DNA of 64,000 nucleotides, taken from positions 15,793,432 to 15,857,431 of the forward strand of contig NC_092679.1 in NCBI RefSeq assembly GCF_964355755.1. Reading direction: 5' to 3'. The notes beneath the pieces are model-generated. The model did no database searches and was not told the origin of the DNA. It worked only from the letters and a program-made list of their open reading frames with translations. The position numbers and the translations under genes are program-made. This DNA comes from Antedon mediterranea (taxonomy: Eukaryota > Animalia > Echinodermata). This document shows, piece by piece, positions 48,035 through 62,230 of this stretch (position 1 is its first letter; every line of letters starts with the position of its first letter).

Positions 48035-48090
48035 TTTAAAATTGCCGCAACGGCCAGTCAGTGACGTGTAGTGAGAACACATTTGATTGG
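48035..48090 (-). promoter_or_regulatory. G2/M cell-cycle promoter: CCAAT box, CRE-like site, CDE/CHR tandem
   Basis: Minus strand: gaCCAATca (48090-48086), cacgtcac (~48061-48068), TGCGG-caat-TTTAAA (48049-48035) with the canonical 4-nt spacer. Confidence 0.7.
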
Positions 48091-48599
48091 TCGAGGTGTA
48101 TTGAAGCGTGGTGGTAGAAAAGCCATCAAGTGGAACAGCCAGAAATCAATAAAAACGGTGTATTAAATATCTTCATTACGTAATCAGTTATTTGACGTTC
48201 AATTTAATTCATAAACCCATTCTGTTAATATACAACTTTACGATGAGTTTTATTATATGTACATTCAAATATTTTAATTGTTTCTATTATATACTATATT
48301 GTCAAATAAATAACTATGTAACTCAAAAGTAAAATTTCATTGAATCTAAGAATGGATTAACTCAAGGGAGGAGCTTTAAAACTATTAAATGAAGCTTTAA
48401 AACTATCAAATGATCAACGGTTATCTGGTCTCTCCAGGAGTTAAGTGGTCTGGGCAGACAAGAAAGAATAAAAACTCTCCATTGTGTGGGTCAGGGCTAA
48501 CCTGCAGCGTTAACTGCCCAAGGGTGTTCAGCTACCAGGTTTATCAAATCTTGCATAAATCTGGACATTATCTGATTAAAATTCCCACCAAATAACACC

Positions 48600-48960
48600 A
48601 TACCCACAGAGAAGAGAATGACGAAGGAGAAGAAGATGTGGACTGGATATTTATTATCTCCAATATAGCCCTCTATCAACGAACAGAATATTAGCTTGCA
48701 GGAATGTTACGAAAACCAGCAACATAAATTTAAACAGGATCTCACACGTGATAAGATCAAACGAGCCTGTAAAAATCCTCACTCTCCATTCTACCAAGCA
48801 AAAGAGACGAGGTAGGAAAATAAAATCCATCCTGCAACGTGTAATAGACAGAAGTGGAGTTGACAGATTGCAGTTCAACAGAGATGGGTTTATCTACAAA
48901 ACATAACCAGCCTGCTAATGGCAATGATTCGCTGTTGGTCTGGAATGAAATAAAGAAAAA
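48600..48960 (+). mobile_element. Possible decayed RTE-like LINE 3' fragment plus shared retroposon tail
   Basis: Purine-rich broken frames with remnants resembling LAG..LR, KRRGR and DRSG; the tail matches 26183-26240. Confidence 0.3.
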
Positions 48961-50890
48961 ATATATATACGATAGTGGGATGCAGGAATGATATTGTTTT
49001 GAACATCAACATGCAGTGTCCGTAAGCGCTAACTGTATACAGTCAATAGCCACCATTTGTGATCTAGTACCACTGTTACCAGAACCAGTAATCATCAATA
49101 TTTTATGTGATCTAGTACCATGGTTACAAGGACCAGAACCAGTACCAGTAATGATCAATATGTTATTGTTTCAAACTCACTCATAAAAAATAATAGGCTT
49201 TGATTAAAAACTTGCTTAATGTTTATGGTTTTTTAATATCTCATATAAAATTAACTTTCATTCGAACAAATAATAGTCTGAATACAAGTTAAACAAAGTG
49301 AATAATACAAATACTATATTATAATATAAACAATGTATCCCTTTATGTAAACAACAAAATAACACAATCGCTATAAATAACAACTTAAAACCTCCTTGAC
49401 AAAGATGGAATATACTTAAAATCAATTATATATGGAGGTGTACCTAAATTCCCAACCTTTTAATTCCAAGGTGTTTTTAAAATAAAAAATCAAATAATAA
49501 AAATTGTAAATAAAATAATTTATTCAGCAGTTTTTGTTAAAATATGATTAACGCTCACAATATTTAGATTTAAATTTACAGCCTATATTTAACCTAACTT
49601 TGTTTAAAAAAAATGTTTTTCTTCGAATACATTAAAGAAACCTGGAAAACTGGGAACATTTCTTAAAATGTATCTGTACATATTTACAAGTTTATATAAA
49701 ATATAGCACAATAAGTAAACACTTCAGTGTTCCGCATCTCATCTCTTTTTATCTTTCCAACAACTATTTTTTAAATTTAATTTTTATTTATAAAACGACA
49801 GTACTTCAAAATCAAACGTGAACAAAGATTTGATTTATGAAAAAAAATGTAAACAAAACTAAGATAACTGTTTACTATATTGCAGACAGACAACTTACAT
49901 ATCATAGCTTTGTACAATTTATATTTAACACATTTAACTAAAAAATATACATTAACAGCATTCAATAGGTAAGTCTCTACGTTTCAAACATAGTTTACTT
50001 TTTAAATTAATTTAATTAAATAACTATTAGTCCATAATAATTAATTTAAATATTTTTTAAATTCTTAATGTATTAAAGTTAGAACTATGGGCTTCTTCTC
50101 AACTAAAGGTTTTTTTTATATTAATTTAATGACATTCAACAAGCATAGATATATTTAATAGAAAACATCTATGATGACAACAATTTATATTAGATAACTT
50201 TAAACAATACCAAGCATTGTATATATAGATTCAAAAATTTTGGAAGATATTGGAGATGTTAAAATAGGATGAGGTTGTAACAAACAGGGAAGATGGTATA
50301 TAAGCTCATCCCCAGAGGTGGGGTGATAACCTTAGCCCCAGGGGTGGGGTGATAACCTCAACCCTAGGGGCAGGGTGGAATTAAGGCAACTTAGTCATAC
50401 CCTTATGGGTGGATGAAGGCAGTATGGAATTAACAGACATATACCATAATATTGTACTACCATCTAATCAAAATCAATTACACAACCAGAATCTACTTTA
50501 TAATCTATTTAAAAAAATCATAAAATGTTATCACAATCTACAACAAAAATATTTTATACAGTACTTATTATGTACATAACATAAGAATACATGTATTTTT
50601 TATTGAGGATTTCAATTTAATTTACTTCTGCTATGAACTAGTATTATTCAGACATTTTCTTTTTCTAAATATTGTTGGGTGTTTAATCACATCTTTAAAA
50701 TGGCAAACAATTAGTTTGTTGCATATAATGGAAATATAACATTGTTCATGTGAAAAACAATGTACGTCATTGTTTTAGGTAGTATAAAAGGTATGAAAAT
50801 GACAATTGCACACACAGTACACAATGGAAAAGTTATCATTATAAGATTTGGTATTGCTACTGCAGTATGGAGACCATGGAGAAATAAGTA

Positions 50891-51118
50891 CAGTCAACTC
50901 TCCAAATATCAGAAACCCTTGGGCTTAGACACCCTTGGGCCTTAGACACCTTTGGGCTTGGAAACTCTTCGGCTGAACTAATAAGATTTGGGTTTCTAGA
51001 AAGCATGTTTTTAATATGAAAACAAATTTGGGAACCTTCTGGAGAGAACATTGAAGAAAAATTTGATTGTGGGGGAGTTTCCGATATTCAGAAAATCCAG
51101 CATTGGGAGAGTTGATGG
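50891..51118. mobile_element. Tc1/mariner-pogo (Tigger-like) MITE; weaker relatives at ~45530-45635, ~51670-51794, ~54551-54703
   Basis: ta|cagtcaactctcc ... ggagagttgatg inverted ends with internal short repeats (cccttgggcttagaca); relatives have cagtagaac.../gttctact(g) ends. Confidence 0.55.
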
Positions 51119-51836
51119 TTTTCTCCAATTCAATATACTACATTTCTAAAGTAACATCCAGATGAAGACAATTCATGGTAAGGATTTAAACATGCAGAAA
51201 ATAGTTCATCTTTATAAAAACATTAGGATATTAGGAAGACAGGCATAGTCATTATTTGCATTCAAAATAAAATTGAAACCTGATTAAGTTGACATTTTGT
51301 GCAAAGTTAAAATATTCTCATCAAACAAAAAGCCTCAAAAAGTAATTCTTGGTTTCAAATGATTACACATTATGTTATGTTATAAGATGAAGGTTTTTAT
51401 TTAAGTTATTTAAATATATATTAATAAATCACTATGACAATTAAAAATATCTATTGATGATTTGATTTAATTTAAAGTTTTCCATTCTAATCAATTAAGT
51501 AACTTTGAAAAATAGTATGGAAACTTTATTTATTTTGCATTATCTATTTTACTGCCAAACTTTACAACATGATATTCTAATTGAAGTAAACTGGATGTAT
51601 TCGTGTGTAGTGTAACTTGTTGTGGATGCTACAAACACTTTTGATTGATAACAACATCGTGGGTATTACAGAAGAACATCTATTAAAGGGACAGCTTCAG
51701 GAGCAAACAAATCGGGATGTACTCCGATTGGGGATTGGCAGAACTGACAGAAATGTACCCTTAATATGAGTGTCCCATATAAGGGGTTCTACTATGTTCC
51801 AGAACCTAATTTGACAGGAAGTAGGTTCTGGAGTAA

Positions 51837-51946
51837 AGCTCTGTCTACAAAAAAAAAGTGTGATGTGCCCAAATATGGTAGTGATATGATATCATCATGT
51901 CCATATATGGGCACATCACATAAAGTTTGGTGATGTGGACAAAGCT
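51837..51946. mobile_element. PIF/Harbinger-like MITE, copy 2
   Basis: agctctgtctaca ... tgtggacaaagct; internal gtgatgtgcccaaatatgg shared with copies 1 and 3. Confidence 0.75.
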
Positions 51947-52168
51947 TTAAACACCTTTCTCAGTATGTGATATACACTGAATCTTTTTTTTTTTCCTACA
52001 AATATCATTTTACAATCTGAACTATGTAAAATATGCTTATAGTATTGGTAAACCATTTTGATAGCTTTTTTCCATATCACTTTAAACCTTTCCATTTTGA
52101 AAATTATTCTGTTAATTTGTCAATAAATCTGAATAATGGTTCTTGAAAATATCACATTGTCATTGTAT

Positions 52169-55100
52169 TTATTGTCGATCGATCGAGTTGAAGAACCACT
52201 CAGTAAATTTTCTCAGCTGCGTTGAAGCGGTTTGAGATTCTTCTTGCAGTCGCATGTTGTCTTGACGTAGCTTTTCAATCTGATCTTCTAAACTCTGCTT
52301 CTCACTACGTTCCTGTAAAAATGGCAAAAATAAATGATATAAATACAATGATAATCTCAACTAGATGAAGAATGGTTTATCTAGTGATGACTATGGTTCT
52401 AAGATATGAATGCTTTGACTTGATAGGATTTTTGTTTGTTTATTATAATAGAAATATACAATGTTTTAATTTGTGATCTTCTCGGATAAGGACTTAAAAC
52501 TGGAGTTCCAGTGTACAATCTGGCCTGTATTGGCGTAACAGCTATGAGCACTCAGTGGTAAACCCAGGGGCCCTTTAGAGCATGAGCAATGCAACGACCC
52601 AGTGTTGGAGTGAATGCTAAACCAGGGTCTTTTCCTCTTGCGTTATGTGTACACTTTAAAGAAAACAGTATGTTTCAGAGGAGAAGGGGGTAACCCTGGT
52701 ATATATTTTCCATAGCATCCCTTGTCGTTTGTTGTAGGCACTACACTGTGAGTGTCCATAGAGGACCTAATCTGAATTTTCTCAATTGAAGATTGATATT
52801 AATAAAGTACAATTACATTGAGATGAATAATATTATTGTACATATATTCTTCTACTTCATTAATAATTTCGTTTTTGCTATATAAGGATTTTTATAAATT
52901 CTTACCCGTGATAATTCATGAGCCAATTTCTTTATTTGTCCTTTGTCGTGTGGTGTGTTCAAATCCCTAAAGAAAAAAAATACAATATGAAAAACGCTTC
53001 AAATGCTTAATTAGGATAAATTGAATACAACAACACGTATACCTGTTTGACATGGTGATTTTAAATGACCCACTGTATGTGCCTTTGTAAACAGTGGAGA
53101 ATAACTACTATTGCAATTTAATAACAAACAGTAGCACCCTCTATTGTTTGTAATGTATAATTACCCCGTGAACATATTTCACAATACAGCATTGTTAATA
53201 AAATTAAAAAGTCAAGAAAAATCAAAATCAAATACAATATTAGCAAGGAGCAGATCCAGCATTATAGATTATAATTTCATAAATAATAAAAACGATCCGT
53301 CGGGTGGCAGAAAAATATGTATCATTATTATTAAATGCTGTTTAAATTTTAAGTGGGGCTAAAGCACCTGTTTAGCCCACGCCTAAATCAGTGCCTGTTC
53401 ATTAGATTTGAACTCAGGACGTTATAACATGAGCGCAGAAAGAATATGTATGCCATCATATGACCTGACGAAAATATGTTTATAGTACTGAATTGCTTCT
53501 ATTTTGTGTCAATGTATATAGTGTATTTGTATCTAGGTGGCATCCACTTGATGTGAGTGACCTATAACATGTAATAAATGAGTTGAAACATTCAAACTAA
53601 TGTACTCATCATAGCAACAGATGTAATATCTGTTTAGTTCCACATTGATAATTAGTTACTAAATTGCCTTAAAATATGTGACCTTCTAAGTAATGTATTT
53701 TGATTATTCATATGGCAAGCACTCAAAATATGAGAGAGCATTACTCTAAAATTCACAAAAAAAAAAAAGGCCACACCCTACTTATATTAGTGTCTCATCA
53801 AGAGGAACATTTTTTTTTAATATTTGCGATGACCTAAGACATATGCACTAGTTACGTCATGTTAATTCATTGTGCATGTGCGGGTACATTGAGATGTGCT
53901 TTTTCGATTCAATTTTGAGTTTTGCCGTATTCAGATTTAGACTATACTAGAAGTTTTTAATAAAAAGAAATGCTTTTAAAAACTTATGGACACAACTATT
54001 TGGCAGGGAAAAATACTAAAACAAAAATATGAAAAAAAAAACCGATTTGACTATAGTAAATAAAGCGTTCTGGGATTAGTGCTTTAACAATACAGTGTTT
54101 TACATATAAGTACACTTGAGAATTATTATTAAATTATATTCTGTGGCTAAGAATAGACATTAGTTTCCTTTAGAACTCCGTATACTTGTCAGTGAATAAG
54201 GTTGTCACAGAAACGGGATTGATCAACGACGATATATTCCATTTAACTCATGTTTTCTTAACTTCTTATCTGTATTTCAGCAAAAACTTAGATTAAGACA
54301 ATCTGTTGCCCGCTAACTGTCATCTATGATGTTCAGAATAATTTTTTTTCTTTATTTCTAAGAACAGAGACAAGCTTTTTAAAGCTTTGCTGTTAGTCTG
54401 AATATGAGGTGTACTAAAAGTGCATATTCACACAATCAATCAATAATAAACAAATAAATTCTAAAAATAGGGAATTAACAATGTTTTATTTAAATTATTT
54501 CACACACATAAAAAAAGTTTTGACTTAAATCCATCACTAACATAAAAATACAGTTAGAGCTCCTCCTTTGTGACACCGGTATTGAAGGGACACAAAAGGA
54601 AATATGTTTTAACACTAGAGCCAACACCTAGTCAGGGAACATCTTTATTTAATAGAAACTTTCTTTGGTTCCAAAAATGCCCTCTTAATACGAGTTCTAC
54701 TGTATAAACATTCCCTGTCACTGAACCAAAATTTAAATGTAGTATGTTATTGTATAAATTATGCATCGATTTGATTCTTAAAATCTTTTGATAAGACTAA
54801 ATCTCCATAACGCCATATCAAATCCGAGTAATTGTCTGATAACGCGGGGATAGAAAAAGAAAGGCTTGAAATGTTCAACTTGCCGATCTAGGGCAGGCCA
54901 AATTGGAGTATGCTGCAACCCTGGATGTTATACGGTGAATAACAATCCCATGATACACCTGTTGTACAACTCCTTCCATGAAACCCTGCTGAATGTTGGC
55001 AAAAGTCCTAACCATTGTATCACTGTGGTGTTAATGTCTTTCCAAGACTGGCTAAGTAATATAATTAGTAATAATAATAATAATTTATTTGGAGATTACA

Positions 55101-58059
55101 CTTTTACAACAGTGGCACTAAATAGTATTCAATTAATCAAAAGATCACTTTTTGGTGAAGATTACAGACTTCAAGGTTAAATTAATTAGCTGATAATTTA
55201 GCAATTAGTCTATTGCTATCAGCAGAAAACTCAGCTTTTATTTAGATATTGACAGATTGTTATATCTTTTCAGCAGACAACCTGGTATAAACATAATTTT
55301 TTTAAAACTCTTATTTATTGGGACATCTTCAGGACCCAAACAAAATGTCTCCTTTAAAAACATTTACAGTATTTATATCACCATACTATGAGCTTTGAGG
55401 GTTGGTCGTAGTGTTTAAACATATATTGTCCGTGGTTTATTTTTTGCGAAAGTGTCGCTAGGGGTGTCCCAAAGGAGTCTAATAATAACAAATATACCTT
55501 TTTTCGAATTTTGTCAGTAAATTTACTTTCTATTCTCTAAGTCAGTTTTTTTCCATGCCAAATGAATAAAATAAAAATAAATAAAATATAATTTCACAAT
55601 AATTCAGTCACAAAATCTGGTCTTTAAAAGATGAAAATCATAACCTTAAAAATAAACTGCTTTTTATTGGCAAAAATAATGTTTTCAATGATATTTTATA
55701 GTAGTCAAAAAATCTTAAAAACTGAATGACCCCCAGTAAAACTAAGAGAAGCTTTGAATCCCTTTTATAGATTAAAACATGTGTGTATCCAGATTTCAAT
55801 ATTATCTGGAATAATAAGGACCTGAGGCTATATTTTGTCATTTAACTTGAACTTTGTGCGATTCCCCGGGTAGAGCCAAAAATACAGACACCCACAAGTC
55901 AATTAAAGTCAAAATTAACTTATGTGCTCATAAGATAATGAAGCGGAACTTTATCACAAATATTATGTCGTCTGTACTGCACAAAAATAAAATATACGTA
56001 GACATAGAAAGGCGCAATGTAAAAACCATTTGATGCTATATTCTTTGTTATATAAATAAATTCCTGTCATTTGATTGGAGGATTGTGGGTCACATGGCAC
56101 GCAATAGTACATACTATAAAAGATCGTGTAATAGTAATTTTTTTCTCTCGCATGTACAAAAAAAATCTGTGTGAAATCCAATAGCAGTTTGTCTGTTGTT
56201 CTGCGAACAGGAGCAGCAATGCACACGGCACAACCTCTTCTTTACAAGAATGATGTTGTTATTATAAAACAAATAATTTTATATTCGTGCGATGGTACAA
56301 ATAATTGCATGAGGTGAAATATGAAATTATTTGAACTATTGAACTCATATATTTCATAATTATTATTTCTCATTTTACATATTTCATGACCGATTATCAC
56401 AGATTCTATTTGATCTCAACCCTCCATCATTTTGTGCCTAGTTACTATTTTGGAATTTAGTAAAATATCTATGTAAAAGTCTATCATAAAAGCGTTGGTA
56501 GAAATTCAATTGAGCATATGTCACCAGTTGTAAAATATAGTTATATGATATAAAGTTTAAGCCTAGACTTAGTCATGTCATAATAACTGCCCTAGTAATT
56601 AGGTATCAATACTAATTAAATTCAGTACCTAATTAATAATCTTTCTATAAACCGCTTCAAAATTATCTTGTTAATGTTTGATATTATATAAAATGGTATA
56701 ATTAATGTCATCAACTGTCAATTGTAATCTATTTTTTAAATGCCGAGGTTTACTGCCTTGACGAATTATAATTAATTTTAATGTCAGACTTTATTATTAT
56801 ATATTATCTGTTTATATACTGTAATTATTTGTTATTATTATTAAACTTTAGGCATTTTGCCAATAGCAAAAGTTACTACACTTTTTTTAGAAAATCATTC
56901 ACAAAATTGTAATGATTGCAACGAATTTCCTCTGCAACATCTTAGGTTCAAATATAAATCATGTAAATTATTAGTTTGAAATAATAACATTATTCTTCGG
57001 TTTGGCGGTGAAGAAATAATCAGTTGTAATACAAATCCTTATTACAGTATTAGTAATAATATATAACAATTTCACACTATTATTTTATAGTAAAACCACA
57101 ATAACAAAAATCTATTTGCGAAAAGTAAAGGAAAGAAAAGTTATTTTACAATTTATATTAATTTAATTACATACGAAAAATAAGTATCATAGCCGATGGG
57201 GATTATAATTATTATAAAATTATTAGTTTTAATATATTGAGACAAGTTGAGACAAGAGGAACTTGAGGCTAGAGGGATACCCACAGCACAGGATGGCCGA
57301 TATTAAGCATTTTAGACGACCACAATGTATGCTTAGGTATGACTAATCCAAACACTGGGTTATGTACTTAACCAACTTTAACAATTTAATATAAAACTTA
57401 TGATAAAATCAAATATCAAACAATTTGAAGTTGAAAACAATTTCATGTATAAAAGCTGTCAGATCTGTTTTGGAGTTTGTCAAGTCCGCCGAGAAAGCAT
57501 TTTGGAATCTGTGACTAATAATTGCAATGGTTTGTTACTCCCTGGTTCATGGCATATAGCCTCGCCATTTCCTTGGAATATTTATGATCTGTATACAGAT
57601 ACTTAGGAAAAATAATTTAATTTATTAAAGAAAAGTTAAATACATTTTGTTTAAAGCTCTGTCTACACTATAAAAACTAATTTGACAACAAAAAGTGTGC
57701 CCAAATATAGTATGGTGATATGCCCAAATATGGTAGTGATATGACATCATCATGTCTATATATGGGCACATCACATTTGTTTGTCACATAAAGTTTGATA
57801 GTGTAGACAAAGCTTAAGGCAATGTCAAATAATCATAAAAGAATAACATTAAATGATATATGCACCCATACGTACCCATTGACAGCTCGTGTTGGCGTCT
57901 TTTGTTGGCTCTTGTATCTTGCACCACCCGATGATCGGTATCGCACATCCTTGCGCCCCATGTAATTACGTTGAAATGAGGGCGTCAATTCGTTTACATC
58001 CGAAACATTGTCATTTAGTCGATCTACTGATGCCACTTTGCCATTGTGATGATCACTTC
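52169..58059 (-). CDS. SIPA1L: 3' exons of a signal-induced proliferation-associated 1-like (SPAR, Rap1GAP family) gene: 58059-57876, 52966-52906, 52312-52169
   Basis: Terminal exon ...LRQDNMRLQEESQTASTQLRKFTEWFFNSIDRQ* matches the conserved SIPA1L C-terminal coiled coil; upstream exons have GT-AG sites and compatible phases. GAP/PDZ exons would lie beyond the window. Confidence 0.85.
52472..52700 (+). mobile_element. Decayed SINE with Deu-domain-like central region
   Basis: tcttctcggataaggacttaaaact...cactttaaagaa...gagaagggggtaaccctgg resembles the DeuSINE core (recalled, not searched). Confidence 0.45.
57655..57814. mobile_element. PIF/Harbinger-like MITE, copy 3
   Basis: taa|agctctgtctacactat ... 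atagtgtagacaaagct|taa. Confidence 0.8.
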
Positions 58060-58997
58060 CTGAAATTAACAAAAATAAATAATAATTTAATTTGATATAA
58101 ATATTTTTTTGTTTTTGTTTTGTTTCAAAAACAATTAGTCTCATGTCATATAAAATTGTTCTATCTGTCAGATAAACAAAAGTCCATGTCAGTGGCACGA
58201 GAAATACTTTCAATATTATCAAATAAAGCTTAAACAATAATCTCACTGCAGCAATGCAGACATTTCATATATTGTCTAACACAGACAAAAAATAAACCAT
58301 ATGAATGAAAATGGCCAGGTCTAGCCTACCAAGGTATGTGTACATGTGTAAAGTTTCCTTTCAATCCACTGCACAATTTCTTTTGTGCACAAAGTGTTGA
58401 GAACTGTGCATTATATTATGCTAATTAGTCTGCAATATCTGCATGATAAGCTAAATTGTTGATTCATGCTTAAGAAATGAAGACTAAAGAACAGGAAGCA
58501 ATTACACATGTTTTCACAGCATTTGTTCACAAATACTGTAAATCCAGAAAATTTCACAGTCCAATAAAATTAATTGCTTCATTACCTGCCAATGTCATTA
58601 ATATATTGTGTATGTGTTTTATGTTTATCAATCCAAAGGCAAAATACTGAACAAATGACAATGCTGTTGGTATCAGTGGCTGGATCTCAATGGAGATACA
58701 AAATAAAAGCGAAAAGCTAAATCAAAACGATAAAGTAAAACAGCCAGAAAAGTTAGCAGAGCTTTCGGGCAACACTGTTTTATGTTTCTGTTTGAAGTCA
58801 AATAACAGGACTTCATTCTACGCATGGAGATGATCTATGTCATTTATGCTTTATTATTGAAGATGAACAAATAAAGTTCAAACTATAGAAACATAATGGC
58901 TTGCCTAACTTATTTTATAATTATTACATAGTCTATACGGCTACTTGTTTTTTTGGGCTAGCATTTTACAATGGTCTAAAAAGTAGAATCTCTTCAT

Positions 58998-59291
58998 ATA
59001 CCCCTTTCACACCAAAAGCAAAACTCCGGAGACACTCCGGTTTGACGCCCCGCTGTTTTGGTGTGAAAGGTAAAATCAAGCAACTCTGGAGTTTAAAACT
59101 GCCGGGTTTAACAGCTAAACATTCTCCGGAGAGCGAACTGCGAGGACACCTTGGTGTTTTGGTGTGAAAGGTACAAACATCAAAACTCCAGAGTTTAAGG
59201 TCAAAAGCTCATCCTCACACGATCACTCATTTTATTTGAGTCCCACGGTGTCTCTAGAGATCACTTCGGAGTTTTGGTGCGAAAGGGGTAT
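58998..59291. mobile_element. MITE with TIR atacccctttcacaccaaaa / ttttggtgcgaaaggggtat
   Basis: Terminal inverted repeats plus internal repeats of ttttggtgtgaaagg and actccggag. Confidence 0.75.
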
Positions 59292-59949
59292 TACACTATA
59301 GCCACAAAGGAGTGAATGCTTTCTTCCTCATTAAAAGGCATTTTGAAAAGGCAGATATTTTGAAAAAGCTTACTGGTGTTATTTTGTTGCTTTAGTCTAT
59401 ACTTCTGTACATGGATTACATAAACCCCATAGTTAATATTAATGCCTCATCAGGTCGTGTGTGATATCAAGCAAACAGATGGTATTCATAAGACCAGCTT
59501 TCTCACAAGGTACTCTAGCTTACATACTTAACTTTAGACACTTACAGCATACGATAATAGTAAGATTATACAGTGTTTCGTAGTGGATACTGCTAATCAT
59601 GTCTTTAATAGGCTTTTTTAGTCGGACCAGGAAACGAAACAGAAAGTCAAACCTGATAAACTGAATGTTTCAAATTGATAAACGATTTCGAGATGAATCT
59701 AAATAAAGTAAATGTTAATCAAGCAACATAAATGGAAAATACTGATAGGTGTATCTGCTAAAATAGATATTTACATTTCTCTCTTTATATGAAAAAGTTT
59801 GAAATAGAAAATAGAAAAGAGCTACATTATCATAGCATGTCTTGCGCCAAGGGTACATTTACTATAAATAAATAAATAAACACGTATGGAAATATACTGT
59901 ACTCTAATAATGCAGCTAGGAATCATCAGCTTAAAGTTTTTTCTTGATC

Positions 59950-60075
59950 TAAGTGGGTACCCAATTATACTCCTGGAGAGAGGCAAACATAAGTAAAGTG
60001 TCTTGCTTAAGGATACAAGCAATGCGGATGTGTTGGATTCAAACTCATGATCTCACAATCAGTAATCCACACTAC
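59950..60075 (-). mobile_element. tRNA-derived SINE fragment
   Basis: Minus strand: degenerate B-box gagtttgaatcc, then gtatccttaagcaagacactttac...gcctctctccaggagtataattgggtacc, typical conserved SINE body motifs. Confidence 0.6.
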
Positions 60076-60336
60076 AGTCTATTTTTCCAAAACAGAACTC
60101 CTATGTTTAATATATCTCTTGGTGTTTCTTATCTAATTAACTACTGTAAAAATGTACTAATTATATGATTCAATTTATAAGTAAATAAATGAATAATTAA
60201 CAAAAAGAATAATAAATCAAGGCACAATTTTATTAAATGCGAACAGCAATAAATTAAATTTATAAAATACAATTTGGGTTTATGTCCATAAGATAAGTTT
60301 CTGAGTTTGTTCGTTTTTGTACTGGGAAGGGTTTAA

Positions 60337-60617
60337 ACTACATTTGAAAACCAAGCCACATTATAGGGCATTGTTGCTAGTCATCTAACTTCAACTGACT
60401 ACAAGAAAATAAATTCATAATTTTCAAATAAGTAACATAGTATTTTGGATAAATGAATGAGCACTTAAATTAATAATGAATTATTTAGACTACATTTGAA
60501 AACCAATCTATTACAGAGCATCGTTGAAAATGACTACAACAAAATAAATTTATAATTTTCAAATAAATAACATAGTATTTTGGATAAATGAATGAGTACT
60601 TAAATTAATAATGAATA
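60337..60617. repeat. Local tandem duplication (~150 bp, two copies)
   Basis: actacatttgaaaaccaa ... catagtattttggataaatgaatgag.acttaaattaataatgaat occurs twice. Confidence 0.8.
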
Positions 60618-62169
60618 ACATAATTGAAAGCTGAAACATTATCCCTAACAGACCTTTCATTTTCTCATACTTCCATCGGGAATAGTGCTCAAAAGTGAGC
60701 AAAACAAGATTCAAAAACTCGGAGAGATAAGTTAAACATCGCTGTATGTATAAATGGCATAAACAATATCCTATAGAGTGAAACATGCCCTCAAGACGTG
60801 ACCTTTTAGACAACAAAAAAAAGAATTAAAATAGCAGCTAAAATGTGAAGATAAGCGACGGTGGATGATAATGGAGAGCAAAGCCTGAAATAACTCATTA
60901 ATGAGTTGACTCAGAGCCACTGTTTTATCAGTACACAACAGTGCTACTTCTCACTTTCAAAAACAAAACTTATTTTCTCTTTTTCTTGTAATGTTGTAAA
61001 TGGCTAATGGCTCGTTCTTTATTCAGCTCATTAGAATATTTTAAAAATATAATAATTATACTGTTTATATTATGGAAATAATAATTTTTTTAAATAATAT
61101 TGATTATTATTTTATTCAACATTTATTTCATTATGGGAGTTTTAAAGTACTGTACAACATTTTAAAATCAAGTGTTTGTACAATATTTTGTGTTCAACCA
61201 GTAAGTGATTTTACACTTGTGTGATCATTACAACAATATCTGAATATTGAAATCACAATAAAAAATAATCTGTTTCACTTTAACTTGATTTAATTAGTAC
61301 AGCATTTTGTAGGCAGTTAGGTGATTTTTTTGTTGTTAAATTTAGAACAGGCATTGATCAACAAGGATACGATCTGTATAAAAGCGACTTCTTATTAGCT
61401 TAATAATTAAATTTTCGATTTCAATGCTTATCCGATTATTACAGTATGATAAATATAATATAATAATGCTAGTTTCTGTATTGAGATAACTGTATAGTAG
61501 ATTTAAAACTGATATCAACAAGCCAGCAAGTTGAAACTTTTACAATATTTTGTGCATAATGAAAGTCTATTATTTGTAGAAAATTTGATTTCAGAAAAAA
61601 ATCGTTTACATGAAATAAAGAAATTAAATTATAAAACATGACTAAACTAAGGCTAAAATTTAAGAATTTTAAAAATTTTGAAAATTACGGACTGAAAACA
61701 AATTTCTATTTAAAAGCATAAATACTTTAAACTTTAAGCCAAAAAAAAAAGAAAAAAAGGAACTTTTACATGATTACAAGGCCTATTACTACTTGGTAGT
61801 AACATTTTTTGTCTTGATTTTAGTGACAACAATTAATAAGATTCACTCAAGGTCTAATAAACAATTTAATTTTATAAGAATACATCTTTTTGTATACTAT
61901 AATTTAGGATTGTGATATATTCTTAGGCAACTTTCAATACCAATTAAAATATTAGCCTTAAGAAAATAAGCAATTAATTATTAACAACAATAATACTCTA
62001 ATTACATTGTAATACAGTTCTTGATAAAAGATGCAATTTTACTGATTATATAGAAATTGTAACATTTTTAATTTTACATTTAATTTTGAATTTACAGTAC
62101 ATGAAAATAAGTGGTTTTCTCACGAAAGTATTGAATCCAATATCTGGAAAACGTTAACAATCAACCTAC

Positions 62170-62230
62170 CGTCACATGGAAGATGATATGTTCCTCTTTG
62201 ATAGAATGTTTTAAATATATTCAACCTCAT
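62170..62230 (-). CDS. SIPA1L: Candidate alternative first coding exon of SIPA1L (MRLNIFKTFYQRGTYHLPCD|G)
   Basis: ATG at 62230, G|GTAGGT donor in phase 1 matching the 58059 acceptor, upstream in-frame TAG, TATAAAG on - at ~62647-62641. Confidence 0.5.

Noticed and set aside
50305-50375. G-rich ~26-bp repeats in the presumed SIPA1L 3' UTR as a G-quadruplex regulator
   Set aside because: Only 2-3 degenerate copies, and the G-runs are on the strand opposite the mRNA; no supporting evidence.
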